A DNA stretch of 64,000 bases from assembly GCF_001194135.2 (NCBI RefSeq), contig NC_068998.1:19065392-19129391 (forward strand). Reading direction: 5' to 3'. Under the pieces are notes generated by a model. It was not told the origin of the DNA and ran no database searches. It saw only the letters and a list, made by a program, of their open reading frames with translations. This stretch comes from Octopus bimaculoides (taxonomy: Eukaryota). Within the stretch, counting starts at the first letter, position 1, and the number at the start of each line of letters is the position of its first letter. The position numbers were made by a program, and so were the translations under genes. Positions 1-11,320 of the stretch are shown here, piece by piece.

Positions 1-42
<42 letters not shown>

Positions 43-469
43 AACAATATATAGTAAATGCACAGACGAACGGAAAACAGACACAGAAGGTCCCCAATTC
101 CTCATCAGTTATCGTCCAGTGGGTCTAATGCTATCTGTGCTAAAGTTAACTCTTTAGAAAATGTCAGGAATGACTGTACGTTGTTGTGGCGAAATAAAAT
201 TTAATTTAAAGAAACCCTTCCATAATCAGGCAAACACAATTATATGTCGAATGAATTTAAGAGAATAGATGAAACTTTTATTAATTCCTTTTAATTATCT
301 AATTTAATGAAGATATTCCAAGTGAGCAAAAAGCCAAATTTTGTATTTGGATAAATTGAAAGGGTTCAGCAAAGCCAAATATTGGCAGATAACTGGATAT
401 AGTTCCTATGTCACTGTCACCACCATGTTTGATGCAATCGATCCATCCATTTTCTCTGCCTACTATTTC

Positions 470-830
470 TGGGAAGATCGTGGGGGGTAGAGTTCTCAGG
501 TATCTAAGGACCTATCAGAAGCAACCGTCATTACACTTTCTGGCTGGATTCTAAAGCGTGGCCAACTGAGACTGTGGATATTATCCAATCATCTCGCTCT
601 TGGTCTACTCCCTAGATCTCCTGCCGATTCGTTTAGCTTGAAGAATCCATCTTGCGATTCTTTTCTACGGCGTTCTAATCCCATATCCGTGGTACCAGAG
701 CTATGGCCTCTCAACGCGAAGTAGCGACTCGACCGCGAGAAACTTCTTGATGCAAGTCGAATTTAGTTTGAATATCATTCTACATGCTCTGTTCCTTGAG
801 AAACATCTGATCTTACACATCTCAGTTCAT
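470..830 (-). mobile_element. Degenerate non-LTR retrotransposon RT C-terminal remnant (RTE/RTE-X-like)
   Basis: Minus-strand translation gives broken LRVER..LWY.G / R.D.W / ESSQKV fragments, resembling the RWYGHV..RGRPR..W end of RTE-type ORF2. Confidence 0.55.
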
Positions 831-869
831 GTCAACTCCTTGAAAGGAGTATAATGAGAATTGTTTCAA

Positions 870-1045
870 ATATTAGTTTCAAATTTTGGCACAAGGCCAG
901 CATTTCGGTGGAAGAGTTAAGTCGACTACATCGATCTCAGAATTCAATTGATACTTATTTTATCGCACTCAGAACATAAAGACGGATGAAATATCGCAAA
1001 ACATTTCAGCCAGCGCGCTACCGATTCCTCCAGCTCACTGTCTTA
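870..1045 (-). mobile_element. tRNA-derived SINE fragment (family B)
   Basis: Matches the family seen at 51515-51740 (ggcacaaggccagc...gtcgactacatcga...ctcagaac...ccagctcac). Confidence 0.65.
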
Positions 1046-1461
1046 ATTGTTTTAAATATTATCTATTGATACAGACACGTTGTTGCTAAGTAATGCATAC
1101 ATCACAAGCATTTCATTTTTTTTTTTTTTTTCGTTTACGTTAAAACTTCTACCATCTTTATGCAATGATCATTCATACATCCCTGCTAAACAAGTGACTC
1201 CTGCATTATGGGGGCTGCTTTGCGAATGAGAAATACGTTTACACATACAATAAACACTATGACAGGAATGTAGAATGGTGGGTAAGTAGATGAGAAAACA
1301 ATTTAGCTAAGTAAATACAGCAAACAAAATTCTGACTGAATTGCAGAATAAATAGTTCCTCCTCCCCTCTCATCCACTTCTATACTATCTTCTTTCATTC
1401 TCTTGCACACACTTACACACGTGCGCGCGCACACACAAATACATACATACAAAGATACATG

Positions 1462-1497
<36 letters not shown>

Positions 1498-1904
1498 NNN
1501 NNNNNNNNNNNNNNNNNNNNNNNNNNNNNNNNNNNNNNNNNNNNNNNNNNNNNNNNNNNNNNNNNNNNNNNNNNNNNNNNNNNNNNNNNNNNNNNNNNNN
1601 NNNNNNNNNNNNNNNNNNNNNNNNNNNNNNNNNNNNNNNNNNNNNNNNNNNNNNNNNNNNNNNNNNNNNNNNNNNNNNNNNNNNNNNNNNNNNNNNNNNN
1701 NNNNNNNNNNNNNNNNNNNNNNNNNNNNNNNNNNNNNNNNNNNNNNNNNNNNNNNNNNGGCCCAAAAGAAAGACAAACTGTCCACACATCTTCAGAATAA
1801 CAAAACTTCACGCGCACACGCGGGCAGATACGCGCGCGAACACACACATACACACGCATGCATATACATACATTTGTATTTACACATATGCACACACACA
1901 CACC

Positions 1905-1937
<33 letters not shown>

Positions 1938-2743
1938 CCATCAAGTAGAGCCATACTGCTTTAGGGTACGTTTACGAGTAGCAATAAGTGGAACGGCCTC
2001 TAGATAGAGAGGTAAGCAACGAATAAATCACTTTGATGGCTAATAAGTTGTGGCCAACAGCAGCAGCACTCATTAGAGTACAGTGACCCGGCGGTTTAAA
2101 TTGGTGAGACTATAAAAAAAACTGCCCATACCTTATACTGCCCATACCTTAACGATGCCCTGTGACACCTCTAAACAGTCCTAGCTTCATTTATGGCTTA
2201 AACAGATACAGTCCTCGCTTTCTCCAGCTTTCATATCTTTGATATTCCACAGGATTAAAAGCATGGTTGTTGATATGGTGTCTGTATTTGCTTTCAACTG
2301 TACGGGTTCCTAACATATGAGCGAATATATGGTGCAATGAGAAGGAAAAGTCCAGTTGCACTAAAAAATGGTGACAATGGTAGGTTTGAGAAACAGGAAG
2401 ACACTAGCCGGAAATCAACTCAAATACCATTTGTCTGTAATGATCATGAGTATATAGAAGAGTGGCAGTTACCCAAGATCGTGCTCATATGACCAGGCTG
2501 TCCTATTCAGAGATTGTGACATCTTTCTCAATTCGGATGCATCACAACAAAAAGATTTAAAACCGCCCGTTCATTTTAAACTAGCCTGCCTGAGATACTA
2601 CGCCTTGTTTGGTCTCCATTTCTGTGATCAAATAAAGCAAGAAGGAAACTTTAAATTGATTTTTGAGTCCTTGAGTGTCAGAACGATAATGGTTGTAACC
2701 AATTCTGGAAGAGCGAAAGAACTGCTATGGTTGGAAGAAAATT

Positions 2744-2768
2744 GGGTTAGGGTTAGGGTTAGGGTTAG
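2744..2768 (+). repeat. Short interstitial (TTAGGG)n tract
   Basis: gggttagggttagggttagggttag, about 4 units. Confidence 0.8.
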
Positions 2769-3289
2769 AACTGTAGTATAGACATCGCTCCACTGTCAGA
2801 AACACGACTGAAAGAACAGCAAGAGTTGCAAGAGCAAAAAAAAAAATAGCCTCTTTTGATAAGGAGATGAAGATGCTGTACAAAGTGAATCTTGTGTCGG
2901 CTTCTCCCTCCTCTGCATTCGTTTCTTGTTGCTATTTGTTGAATGTCTTAAGCCTTTGCTAGAAACCACTTCGAGCATAGTCCATTTCGGTCCAAATAAA
3001 AACAATATATCACACTAATCAGCGCCAAACCAGTTATTATTCACAGGATACCAAAATTTTCATTGATTTGACTGTCTCTTTCTCAACGTTTTTATAATAA
3101 GTTTTGACAGGATTTAAATTTTCAACAATTGGATAAAAAATATTTCGTCACAATGACATCGTTCTTTTATCATCATAGTAACGTAATACTGGTTGTCACG
3201 GCAACGATGATGCTATGGTTTGTTTATAGTTTAGTAGATTTATAAACTAACACTGAAACAACTTCTGGTTGGATTAATAAGAATCACAT

Positions 3290-3473
3290 CTTAGTCTTAG
3301 TCTTGTTCTTAGGTCCTCCTGCACTGTATGGCAAATTAGGCGACAAGGCTTCTCCAACGTAGTCGGTCAGCCGCGGCGATTTCAGCTTCATCCCATGAAA
3401 TGTCAATGGCTTTGAGGTCATCGATGAAGGTGCAACGCCAAGTCGTTTTTGGCCGTCCTTGTTTTCTCTTGCC
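3290..3473 (-). mobile_element. 5'-truncated RTE-type LINE 3' end with 14-bp TSD
   Basis: Flanked by aataagaatcacat at 3276-3289 and 3474-3487, with a (ctaaga)n tail. Minus-strand translation gives RPKTTWRRTIIDDLKAIDISWDEAE. Confidence 0.85.
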
Positions 3474-3679
3474 AATAAGAATCACATATTAGATCATAAA
3501 TAACCCCGAGGATTTCCATACATAAAGCTCGTAATAGTAAGTTTGGAGATAATGGCCTGCTATACTCCTTAATTACACTTTTGAAGCGATCGTACGACCT
3601 TCGAGAGGATGAAAAGCAAAGTCGACTTTGACGAAATTGCAACATGAAGCCTCAGTATAAAAAAAAATGTGGTATTCGT

Positions 3680-4300
3680 ACTTGTTGGAAATTGAAGTAT
3701 AACTGTTTAAGTGTCTTTATTCCTTATGAGGACAAATACGAGTTTTACAATTTCCTACGTAAACATCTGGATATTGTACATGCAATCGATATACTGCTTG
3801 TTTCGGCCGATTTTAATGCAAGAATAGTGAGAACTTATCAGACATGGACCGTGAGAGTGTATCCAATACCTTCTGGATGATACCATTTTGGATTTACCGC
3901 TGAATATGGAGAAACTGGAAACTGCTATCCAAGAGACAAAACGAGGAACTTCTTCCACAGAATTTCCATGGAAGTTTATGAGTATGGCGGGAAGGGATTA
4001 TGCCATAGACTTCCTGAACTTTTCAGAGAATGTTGGCGAAACAGTAACCTGTTACAGCAATTCAAGGATGAACATTTATTTAGTCATCATTTACAAGAAG
4101 AAGGATTACTAGCAAAATAACGGAAATTTTCAGGGAATTTTCTTACTTTCAATTGCAAGGGAAATGTTAGCCAAAGCACTGCTAAATCGCTTGCAAAGCA
4201 TGACCGAACAGATTCTTTTTGAAAGCTAGACAGGATTTTGTACGAGTAGGAGCACCAACGATATGATTTTTACCTTGCAACAAATTCAGACAGTTGTCAA
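3680..4300 (+). mobile_element. Deleted RTE LINE remnant (APE and RT fragments); paralog at 5720-6290
   Basis: LLVSADFNARI (APE GDFNA motif) and broken GIFLLSIA..LAK.LLNRL / GF...RSTNDMIFTLQQIQ RT fragments. Confidence 0.75.
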
Positions 4301-4357
4301 ATAGGTTGGCTACACGCGCGTGCGCAAGCACACACACACGTATATACACACACAGGA

Positions 4358-4390
<33 letters not shown>

Positions 4391-4499
4391 AATATACATC
4401 ATACAAATATACATAAATATATAGATGCATACTTGGATATATATGCACACTATCGCGCATATATGTATGTACAGGCTTGTTTGTGTACATTCGCACATA

Positions 4500-4769
4500 C
4501 ATATATGTATACATACATACATACATACATACATACATACATACATACATACATACATACATACATACATGCTCAAAATAGTTGCAAGATTCTACCGCAA
4601 TATAACAGAGGACAGGACGAGCTCATATCAGCAGAAGGCCATGCAAGGATATGTTAACAGAAAGCTCCGTGACAACTACATTGATAATCAAAGCAGTGTG
4701 TGTTAGACCAACAATCGGATTGCAAATTCTCACTTTGAATGTTATGCATTCGCAATCCATAAACAGTGA

Positions 4770-4857
<88 letters not shown>
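4500..4857. repeat. Microsatellites (CATA)n and (GT)n(GA)n; similar tracts occur across the window (e.g. 1-38, 6420-6470, 21870-21960, 22075-22105)
   Basis: Seen directly; these explain most of the low-complexity ORFs in the track. Confidence 0.95.
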
Positions 4858-4859
<2 letters not shown>

Positions 4860-5329
4860 CAGAAAATGAGGAAGTTGTACAGAGTGAAGCTTGTGTTGGC
4901 CTCGCTATCCAGAACATTCCTGTCAACAAACTAGTATAGCTTCCTGACGCTATTCCTTCAATGTCTTATGCTTTTCAAGAAACCACTACGAACATAGACA
5001 ATCTTGGTATTAATAAAACAGTATTTCACACCATTCAACAACAAACTGGCTAGTATTCACAAGATAACAGAATATTCAGATATCTGATAGTCTCTTTACC
5101 TACATCTTTATAGTAAAAGTATTAACAGGATTTTAATTTTCAACTGTTAAATAAAAAGTATTTCGTCACAATGATATCGTTTTTATCGTCATAGTAACGT
5201 AATACATTTTGTCATGACAACGATGATGCTACATGAAATCTTATAGATTGTCTATTGTTCAGGGGATTCATAAACTTTTAATGAAACAGCTTCTGACCTG
5301 ATTACTAAAAGTCACTACTAGGTCGCATA

Positions 5330-5440
5330 TACGAGGGGTGTATGAAAAGTTTTGAGCCTTCAAGGCGTTCAAGGCCTTCATCAGAAGTCTTGTGCTATGT
5401 TTTTTTTTTTAGGCTCAAGACTTTTCATACATCCCTCGTA
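5330..5440. mobile_element. Mariner-type MITE
   Basis: TIRs tacgaggggtgtatgaaaagttttgagcct / aggctcaagacttttcatacatccctcgta, TA-flanked. Confidence 0.88.
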
Positions 5441-5485
5441 TCTCCTGATATTTATATAAATATCATGAGATATATACGATATATA

Positions 5486-5584
5486 TGTATCTAGTCAGCA
5501 TAGCAAAAGTCATCTGTCTCCAATCATACCGTTTGCTATACTAAGATTGGAGACAAATTACTTCTGCCATGCTAACTAGATACA
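5486..5584. repeat. Hairpin/MITE-like inverted repeat (40-bp arms)
   Basis: tgtatctagtcagcatagcaaaagtcatctgtctccaatc pairs with gattggagacaaattacttctgccatgctaactagataca (5 mismatches). Confidence 0.8.
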
Positions 5585-5586
5585 TT

Positions 5587-5635
5587 TACAACCCAATTGC
5601 TCGTACAACCCAATTGCTCGTACAACCCAATTGCT
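5587..5635 (+). repeat. 17-bp minisatellite, about 2.9 copies
   Basis: (tacaacccaattgctcg) head-to-tail, no spacers. Confidence 0.9.
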
Positions 5636-6441
5636 TCTAGGGCAGATTATCACATGATCTAGTTAAGATAATCCACATTAAGCTTCAATTCAAAACGACA
5701 AACAACATGATATTAATCCTGGCTGGACATCGAATATAACTGTTTAAGTGTATTTATTCCTTAAGAGGACAAATGCTAATTTTACAATTCCCTGCGTAAA
5801 CATCTGGATATTGTACACGCAATCAATAAGCTGCTTGTTTCGGCTGATTTTAATGCAAGAATGATGAGAGATTATCAGACATGGTCCGTAGAAGAGTATC
5901 CAACAACTTCCGGCTGATGCCATTTTGGATTTATGCCGAATATGGAGAAACTGGAAACTGCTATCACGTGACAAAACTAGAATGTGCCTTGTTTCCAGAG
6001 AGAAGAGACTGTACTGTAGATTTCAGTTTTTGAGAAAATGCTGACAATGCAGTGACCTCATGCAAGAGCTCAACGATGTATAGTTAGTCACCATTCACAT
6101 GCGAAAGGGTGACCTGCAAAACAATGGACATTTTCAAGGAATTTCCCTACATCCAATTAAAAGAAATTTTTTAACAGAAGCAACACACAAGTGCTTGTAA
6201 AATATAACCGAACAAATTCTTCCTGAAAGTCAGCGAGGATTTTTTTATGTCAAGGAGCACCAAAGGACAAATTCAGGAAAATTGTATTGAAAAGGCTACG
6301 TGCACATGCGCACACACATACACACGCACATATCATGCAAATATACATTGAAACATATACGCGTATATGCATACAGAACCGTATGCATGTGTGTGTACAT
6401 ATATGTATGTGTGTGCGCATATACATACATACATACATACA

Positions 6442-6475
<34 letters not shown>

Positions 6476-7159
6476 GCTGAAGGAGTAAAATTAATCAAAG
6501 AACATACTAAGTATATCTACCTGCTGGAAATAACAGTCAAAACTCTTATTTAAATTGCCAAAAATACACTGATGATAACTACAGAAATCAACCGAAAGCA
6601 GATCAGGTTAATAAAATCTCCTAACGTACATTTAAGTATTTGGACTCACTGCACTGGCAAAAAAATCGCCGTAGCTTCTTCAGCACGCGTTACCATGATA
6701 GAGACCCCCAACCTATCGTATTAAAGTCTGCGCCGCAACTGATTGGTTTTTGGCGCCGAAATCAATTACAGCCACCAGGGCAAACATTTCACGAGAAAAA
6801 ATAATTCCCGAGAAATTAATTTGCTAAGATATTATTAATTCTGTTATTATCTAGTATGACTATTTTAAAAAATGATAATAACAGAATCAATAATATAGGC
6901 GATTATAGGCCCAAGAAAAGCATTAAATAGCTGAAGGATTAATATTAATCAAAGGACATACTAAGTATGTCTACATGCTGGAAATAACAATCAAAACTCC
7001 TATTTAAATCGCCAAAAATACACTGATGATAACTACAAAAATCAAGAGGGCATATGTGTGTGTGTACATATATATACAACCATGCAAACATACAACCATA
7101 CATCCATACTTCCAGCCATCCATCATATATCCATCATACATACATACATACATACATAC

Positions 7160-9712
7160 ATGCCCAAAGATGTTGCACGACGTTACCGCAATATAATAGA
7201 TGAAAGGATGATTGCATTTCAACAGAAAGCCATGCATGGATATGTAGGAAAAAAGCTCCGGGATGACAACAACATTGATAATCAAAGCAGTCTATCTTGG
7301 ATCAACAACCAGTTCACAAACTATCGCTTTAAAGCGTAACGAATTACAATCGAGTGACGGGAAAAATTACCAAATCCCTGATGCACAAAAGGGATACTGA
7401 TGCGAGAAAAACAACGAAATGTAATAAATGATGCAGACTCTGTAACCACTAAATATATCACCCACATCATAATCAGTGGTTCGAAAATGTTATTGCGTTA
7501 TCATCTACCGATGAGACCTTCGTTTTGTAGCCAGGACGATGTACGAGATCCGTTTGAAAGATAAGCCTAAGACTAATGACATAGGAACCAACTGTGCGTA
7601 GAGAACATAATCACTCATAATATGAAAGAGTACTGATGCAATATCCGTGTGAAAACCTTAATAAAATGCAAACATAATCAACGAAACATAGTGATTTGGG
7701 ACAGAAAAAAGAAACTGTGTGCAATAGCAGAAAGCAGTTGCCCTGTAAATGTCAAAATGAAGCTAACGGTCAGCGAAAATGAAAACACCTACGCTGAACT
7801 ATTGAGAAATTTAAAGATACTTCATCCGGACTACAAGTTTTTGATTTGTACCTGTAATTAGTTGGGCACGGGGATGTGTAACCAATTACCTCTTCTTTCC
7901 AACCCAGAAATGGAAGAACAACCTTATCGGCGTTCATTTTCAGTTAGTGACCGGAAGAAGGGTCCGTGGCTTTCCTGTTCAACAACGAGCACAAAGGTAA
8001 AGTCAAGAACGACAAGATACGACGATGGAGGATTGAGCTATCTTGTTTCAAATACGATGTCGTTTATCGGCCAGGTAAGGAGAAGACCGCAGATGCTTTT
8101 TCTCGGGGTTATTGTGCATCTTCTATCCCCTTGGACCTTACACAGCTCCACGATTCCTTGTGCTAAGCAAGCATGACACGATTGTTCCGTTTCGTGCGGT
8201 CAAAGAATCTACCATTTTCCACGCATGGCGTAAAATCTGTGACGTCTCGATGTCCCACATGCACCGAACTGAAGCCTATATTTTTTGTGCCACCAACAGC
8301 TAAACTTGTGAAGGCCACTCAGCTGTTCGAGAGATTAAGTGTAGACTTCAAAGGTCCACTAATCACAGCGAATACCTACTCTCAATTATCGATAAATTTT
8401 CTCGCTTTCTGTTTGCGTTGGCATGTTCTGATATATCAGCCGCTGCTGTCATTCATTGTTTCTGCCAACTATTTTCGATTTTTGGACTCCCTTCCTTCAT
8501 CCATTCTGATCGTAGTATTGCCTTCATGTCAGCTGAACTAAGACAATTCTTCCATGATAAAGGCATAGCCACCAGTGGGACGACCCCATACAATCCAGCT
8601 GGGAATGGTCAGGTCAATAGGCTCAATTCACCCTTATGGAAAACCATTACTTTGGCGTTGAGATTGAGTGCGAGCCACTGGCAGCGCGTACTCCTTCATG
8701 CTCTGTATTCTATTCGCTCCCTTCTCTGTACGGCCACTAACACCACGTCTCACGAGAGGCTGTTCAGTTTTCACCGCTGCTCAACTTCTAGAACCTTACT
8801 ATCAGAATAGCTAGTGAAGAGTGAACCTGTGCTCTTGAAGAAACAACCGCGGTTTTAAAATACGACCCAGCTGTAGAAGAGGTTGAGTTACTTGAATGCA
8901 ATCCACACTTCGCCCATGTACGCTTATCGAGCGGCAGGGAGGAAACGGTTTCGTTGAAACATCTGACTCCGGAGGAAGATGCGCAATTTTCCAATACACC
9001 GACCGAGCTTGGTACCTCATCGTGCAACCATGATTCTGTGGACGATTTCGAAACGGAAACATCGGCAGACCGGAACCAGTGTTATCGACCCATGAAGAAG
9101 CCAATGGCGTAAAACTTGAACAATTAAAAGCTGCTCAACAACGTCTACGCTCATACAGCCTGAGAAACCGGAAGGTGTGAACTATCCGAAATACTGTAAT
9201 GCCCCATATTATTCCTTCCGTTCCCTGGATACATACATTCACTATTCACAGACATACATTTTGATGACAAAGAACTTTACAAACTCACCGTGTGGTACTC
9301 AGATTCTTCAGTGGGAGAGAATATAGTAACGATTACTCTTATTATTACTACTCACAGTTATTTCCATTATCTCGCTAGCCAGTCGAAAATGCGGCTTTGG
9401 AATGATATTTAAACATGGCTGACTCCTGATCAGGAAAGTTCACGAGTAAAATAACTAATGACGGATACCGAACCCTTGTTTTTAGAAGAGCAAAGCCTAC
9501 TTACGGCCAATCATTTCCAGTCTTCCGTATTCAACAATCTCACCAGTTCGACAACCAGAATTACTACACATACATACATACATACATACATACATACATA
9601 CATACTAGGGTTCTCAAAACCTGAAAGAAAAAGGCTGATTAGAAGACTACAGATTCAAGCCATCAATGGAACTGTAAAGATATGTAAAACTTTCCAAAAA
9701 TTTAGCACATAA
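7160..9712 (+). mobile_element. RLE-type (R4/Dong-like) non-LTR retrotransposon C-terminal remnant, split by a gypsy insertion
   Basis: 7160-7860 gives KAMHGY..NIDNQSSLSW and KHNQRNIVIWDRKKKLCAIAESSCPVNVK..ENENTYAELLRNL (degenerate PD-(D/E)xK nuclease region). It resumes at about 9601 with LGFSKPERKRLIRRLQIQAINGTVKICKTFQKF*. Confidence 0.78.
7862..9568 (+). mobile_element. Ty3/gypsy LTR retrotransposon remnant: RNase H, integrase, PPT and 3' LTR
   Basis: RNase H: NDKIRRWRIELSCFKYDVVYRPGKEKTADAFSR. Integrase: CPTC, SVDFKGPL, IHSDRS.AFMS, TPYNPAGNGQV. PPT gtgggagagaa at 9311-9321. LTR at 9322-9568 with inverted ends t(a)tagtaa...ttactaca. Frameshifted. Confidence 0.9.
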
Positions 9713-10437
9713 ATACATATGCATGCATCTAGACATAAAAACGCATCCATAAAACAAACATACAAATCTGCGCATACACTAACACCAAATACTGCACACA
9801 CACACATATGCACAAATACCTAGATGATGTTGATAAAAGTTCCAATGAAGGAGCCTTGAATCTATGTTAGAGTCCGGCTCTTTCTCTATGGACAAGAAAT
9901 ACAGAAATGAAACTGATTGATAACATNNNNNNNNNNNNNNNNNNNNNNNNNNNNNNNNNNNNNNNNNNNNNNNNNNNNNNNNNNNNNNNNNNNNNNNNNN
10001 NNNNNNNNNNNNNNNNNNNNNNNNNNNNNNNNNNNNNNNNNNNNNNNNNNNNNNNNNNNNNNNNNNNNNNNNNNNNNNNNNNNNNNNNNNNNNNNNNNNN
10101 NNNNNNNNNNNNNNNNNNNNNNNNNNNNNNNNNNNNNNNNNNNNNNNNNNNNNNNNNNNNNNNNNNNNNNNNNNNNNNNNNNNNNNNNNNNNNNNNNNNN
10201 NNNNNNNNNNNNNNNNNNNNNNNNNNNNNNNNNNNNNNNNNNNNNNNNNNNNNNNNNNNNNNNNNNNNNNNNNNNNNNNNNNNNNNNNNNNNNNNNNNNN
10301 NNNNNNNNNNNNNNNNNNNNNNNNNNNNNNNNNNNNNNNNNNNNNNNNNNNNNNNNNNNNNNNNNNNNNNNNNNNNNNNNNNNNNNNNNNNNNNNNNNNN
10401 NNNNNNNNNNNNNNNNNNNNNNNNNNNNNNNNNNNNN

Positions 10438-10722
10438 CATACATACATACATATATACATACATACATGAGCATGTCTAGACATGCAGCTATATTACATG
10501 AGAATACATACATAAAACAAAACATACAAGTCAACATACATACATACATACATACATACATACATACATACATACATGAGCATGTCTAGACATGCAGCTA
10601 TATGCATGAGAATACATACAAGTCAACATACATACATACATACATACATACATGCATGCATGCATGCATGCATGCATGTATGCATAGATAGATGGATGGA
10701 TGGATGGATGGATGGATTGATG

Positions 10723-10775
<53 letters not shown>
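10438..10775. repeat. Compound microsatellite (CATA/CATG/GATG/GATA) with two copies of a ~110-bp unit
   Basis: gagcatgtctagacatgcagctata...gagaatacataca...agtcaacatac at about 10469 and 10578. Confidence 0.85.
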
Positions 10776-11320
10776 GTTATCCACCTTTAAAGTTCGGGTT
10801 TGTAACTTGTCATTTACTAAAGCGATTAATTCTCCATGACATATTTCGAAATATAAAAACCAAACAGCTCTGTTAATATTGGACAGTTGCCATTCACACC
10901 CATACATCTTCCTTTCTCCATTGAGCTGCGGATAAATATAGAATTAGTATCTTGTCTTACAAATATAAATATACTTCCGGCACAACGGATACTACTGTAC
11001 TATATAGGTTGACTTCGTAGGCACGTACGTCAATATTGACACTGGAACCGAAACTTGGTAATATAAACCATAAATTTTATTGTTATTTAAAAATTTTCTT
11101 TTTATATTTCCTCCTATATTTTTTTCTTATTCATTTGGGGGAAGTTCTCCAATCTGTACTAAAACAAAGGGGCCGCACAAAACAACATATAATCCCTTGA
11201 ATGTTCACAAAAGTTCGAAAGACTGGGGTTGTATTATTTTTAAACTATTCCATAAAATAGTAGCCAACTCAGTGTAATTAGTCCTATTAATTGCAGGCTC
11301 GTAAAGTATTATTTACACTA

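Larger units (their letters stand above)
2860..7320. repeat. Old tandem segmental duplication (about 2860-4700 vs 4860-7320)
   Basis: Colinear matches by eye: 2860-3290 with 4860-5320, 3680-4320 with 5720-6310, and 4570-4700 with 7160-7310. A further internal repeat pairs 6473-6590 with 6928-7045. Confidence 0.85.

Noticed and set aside
1303-1948. Long ORFs in the supplied track such as YIYIYI, MYVC, THTH and X-runs (also near 4200-4900, 9800-10900, 13000-13700, 17800-18300 and 39850-40670)
   Set aside because: They are translations of microsatellites and N-gaps, not genes.
5587-5635. Regular 17-bp repeats, and the ~25-bp repeats at 48788-48900, considered as CRISPR-like arrays
   Set aside because: They are head-to-tail with no unique spacers, there are no cas genes, and the context is eukaryotic. 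The latter are internal to a retroposon.
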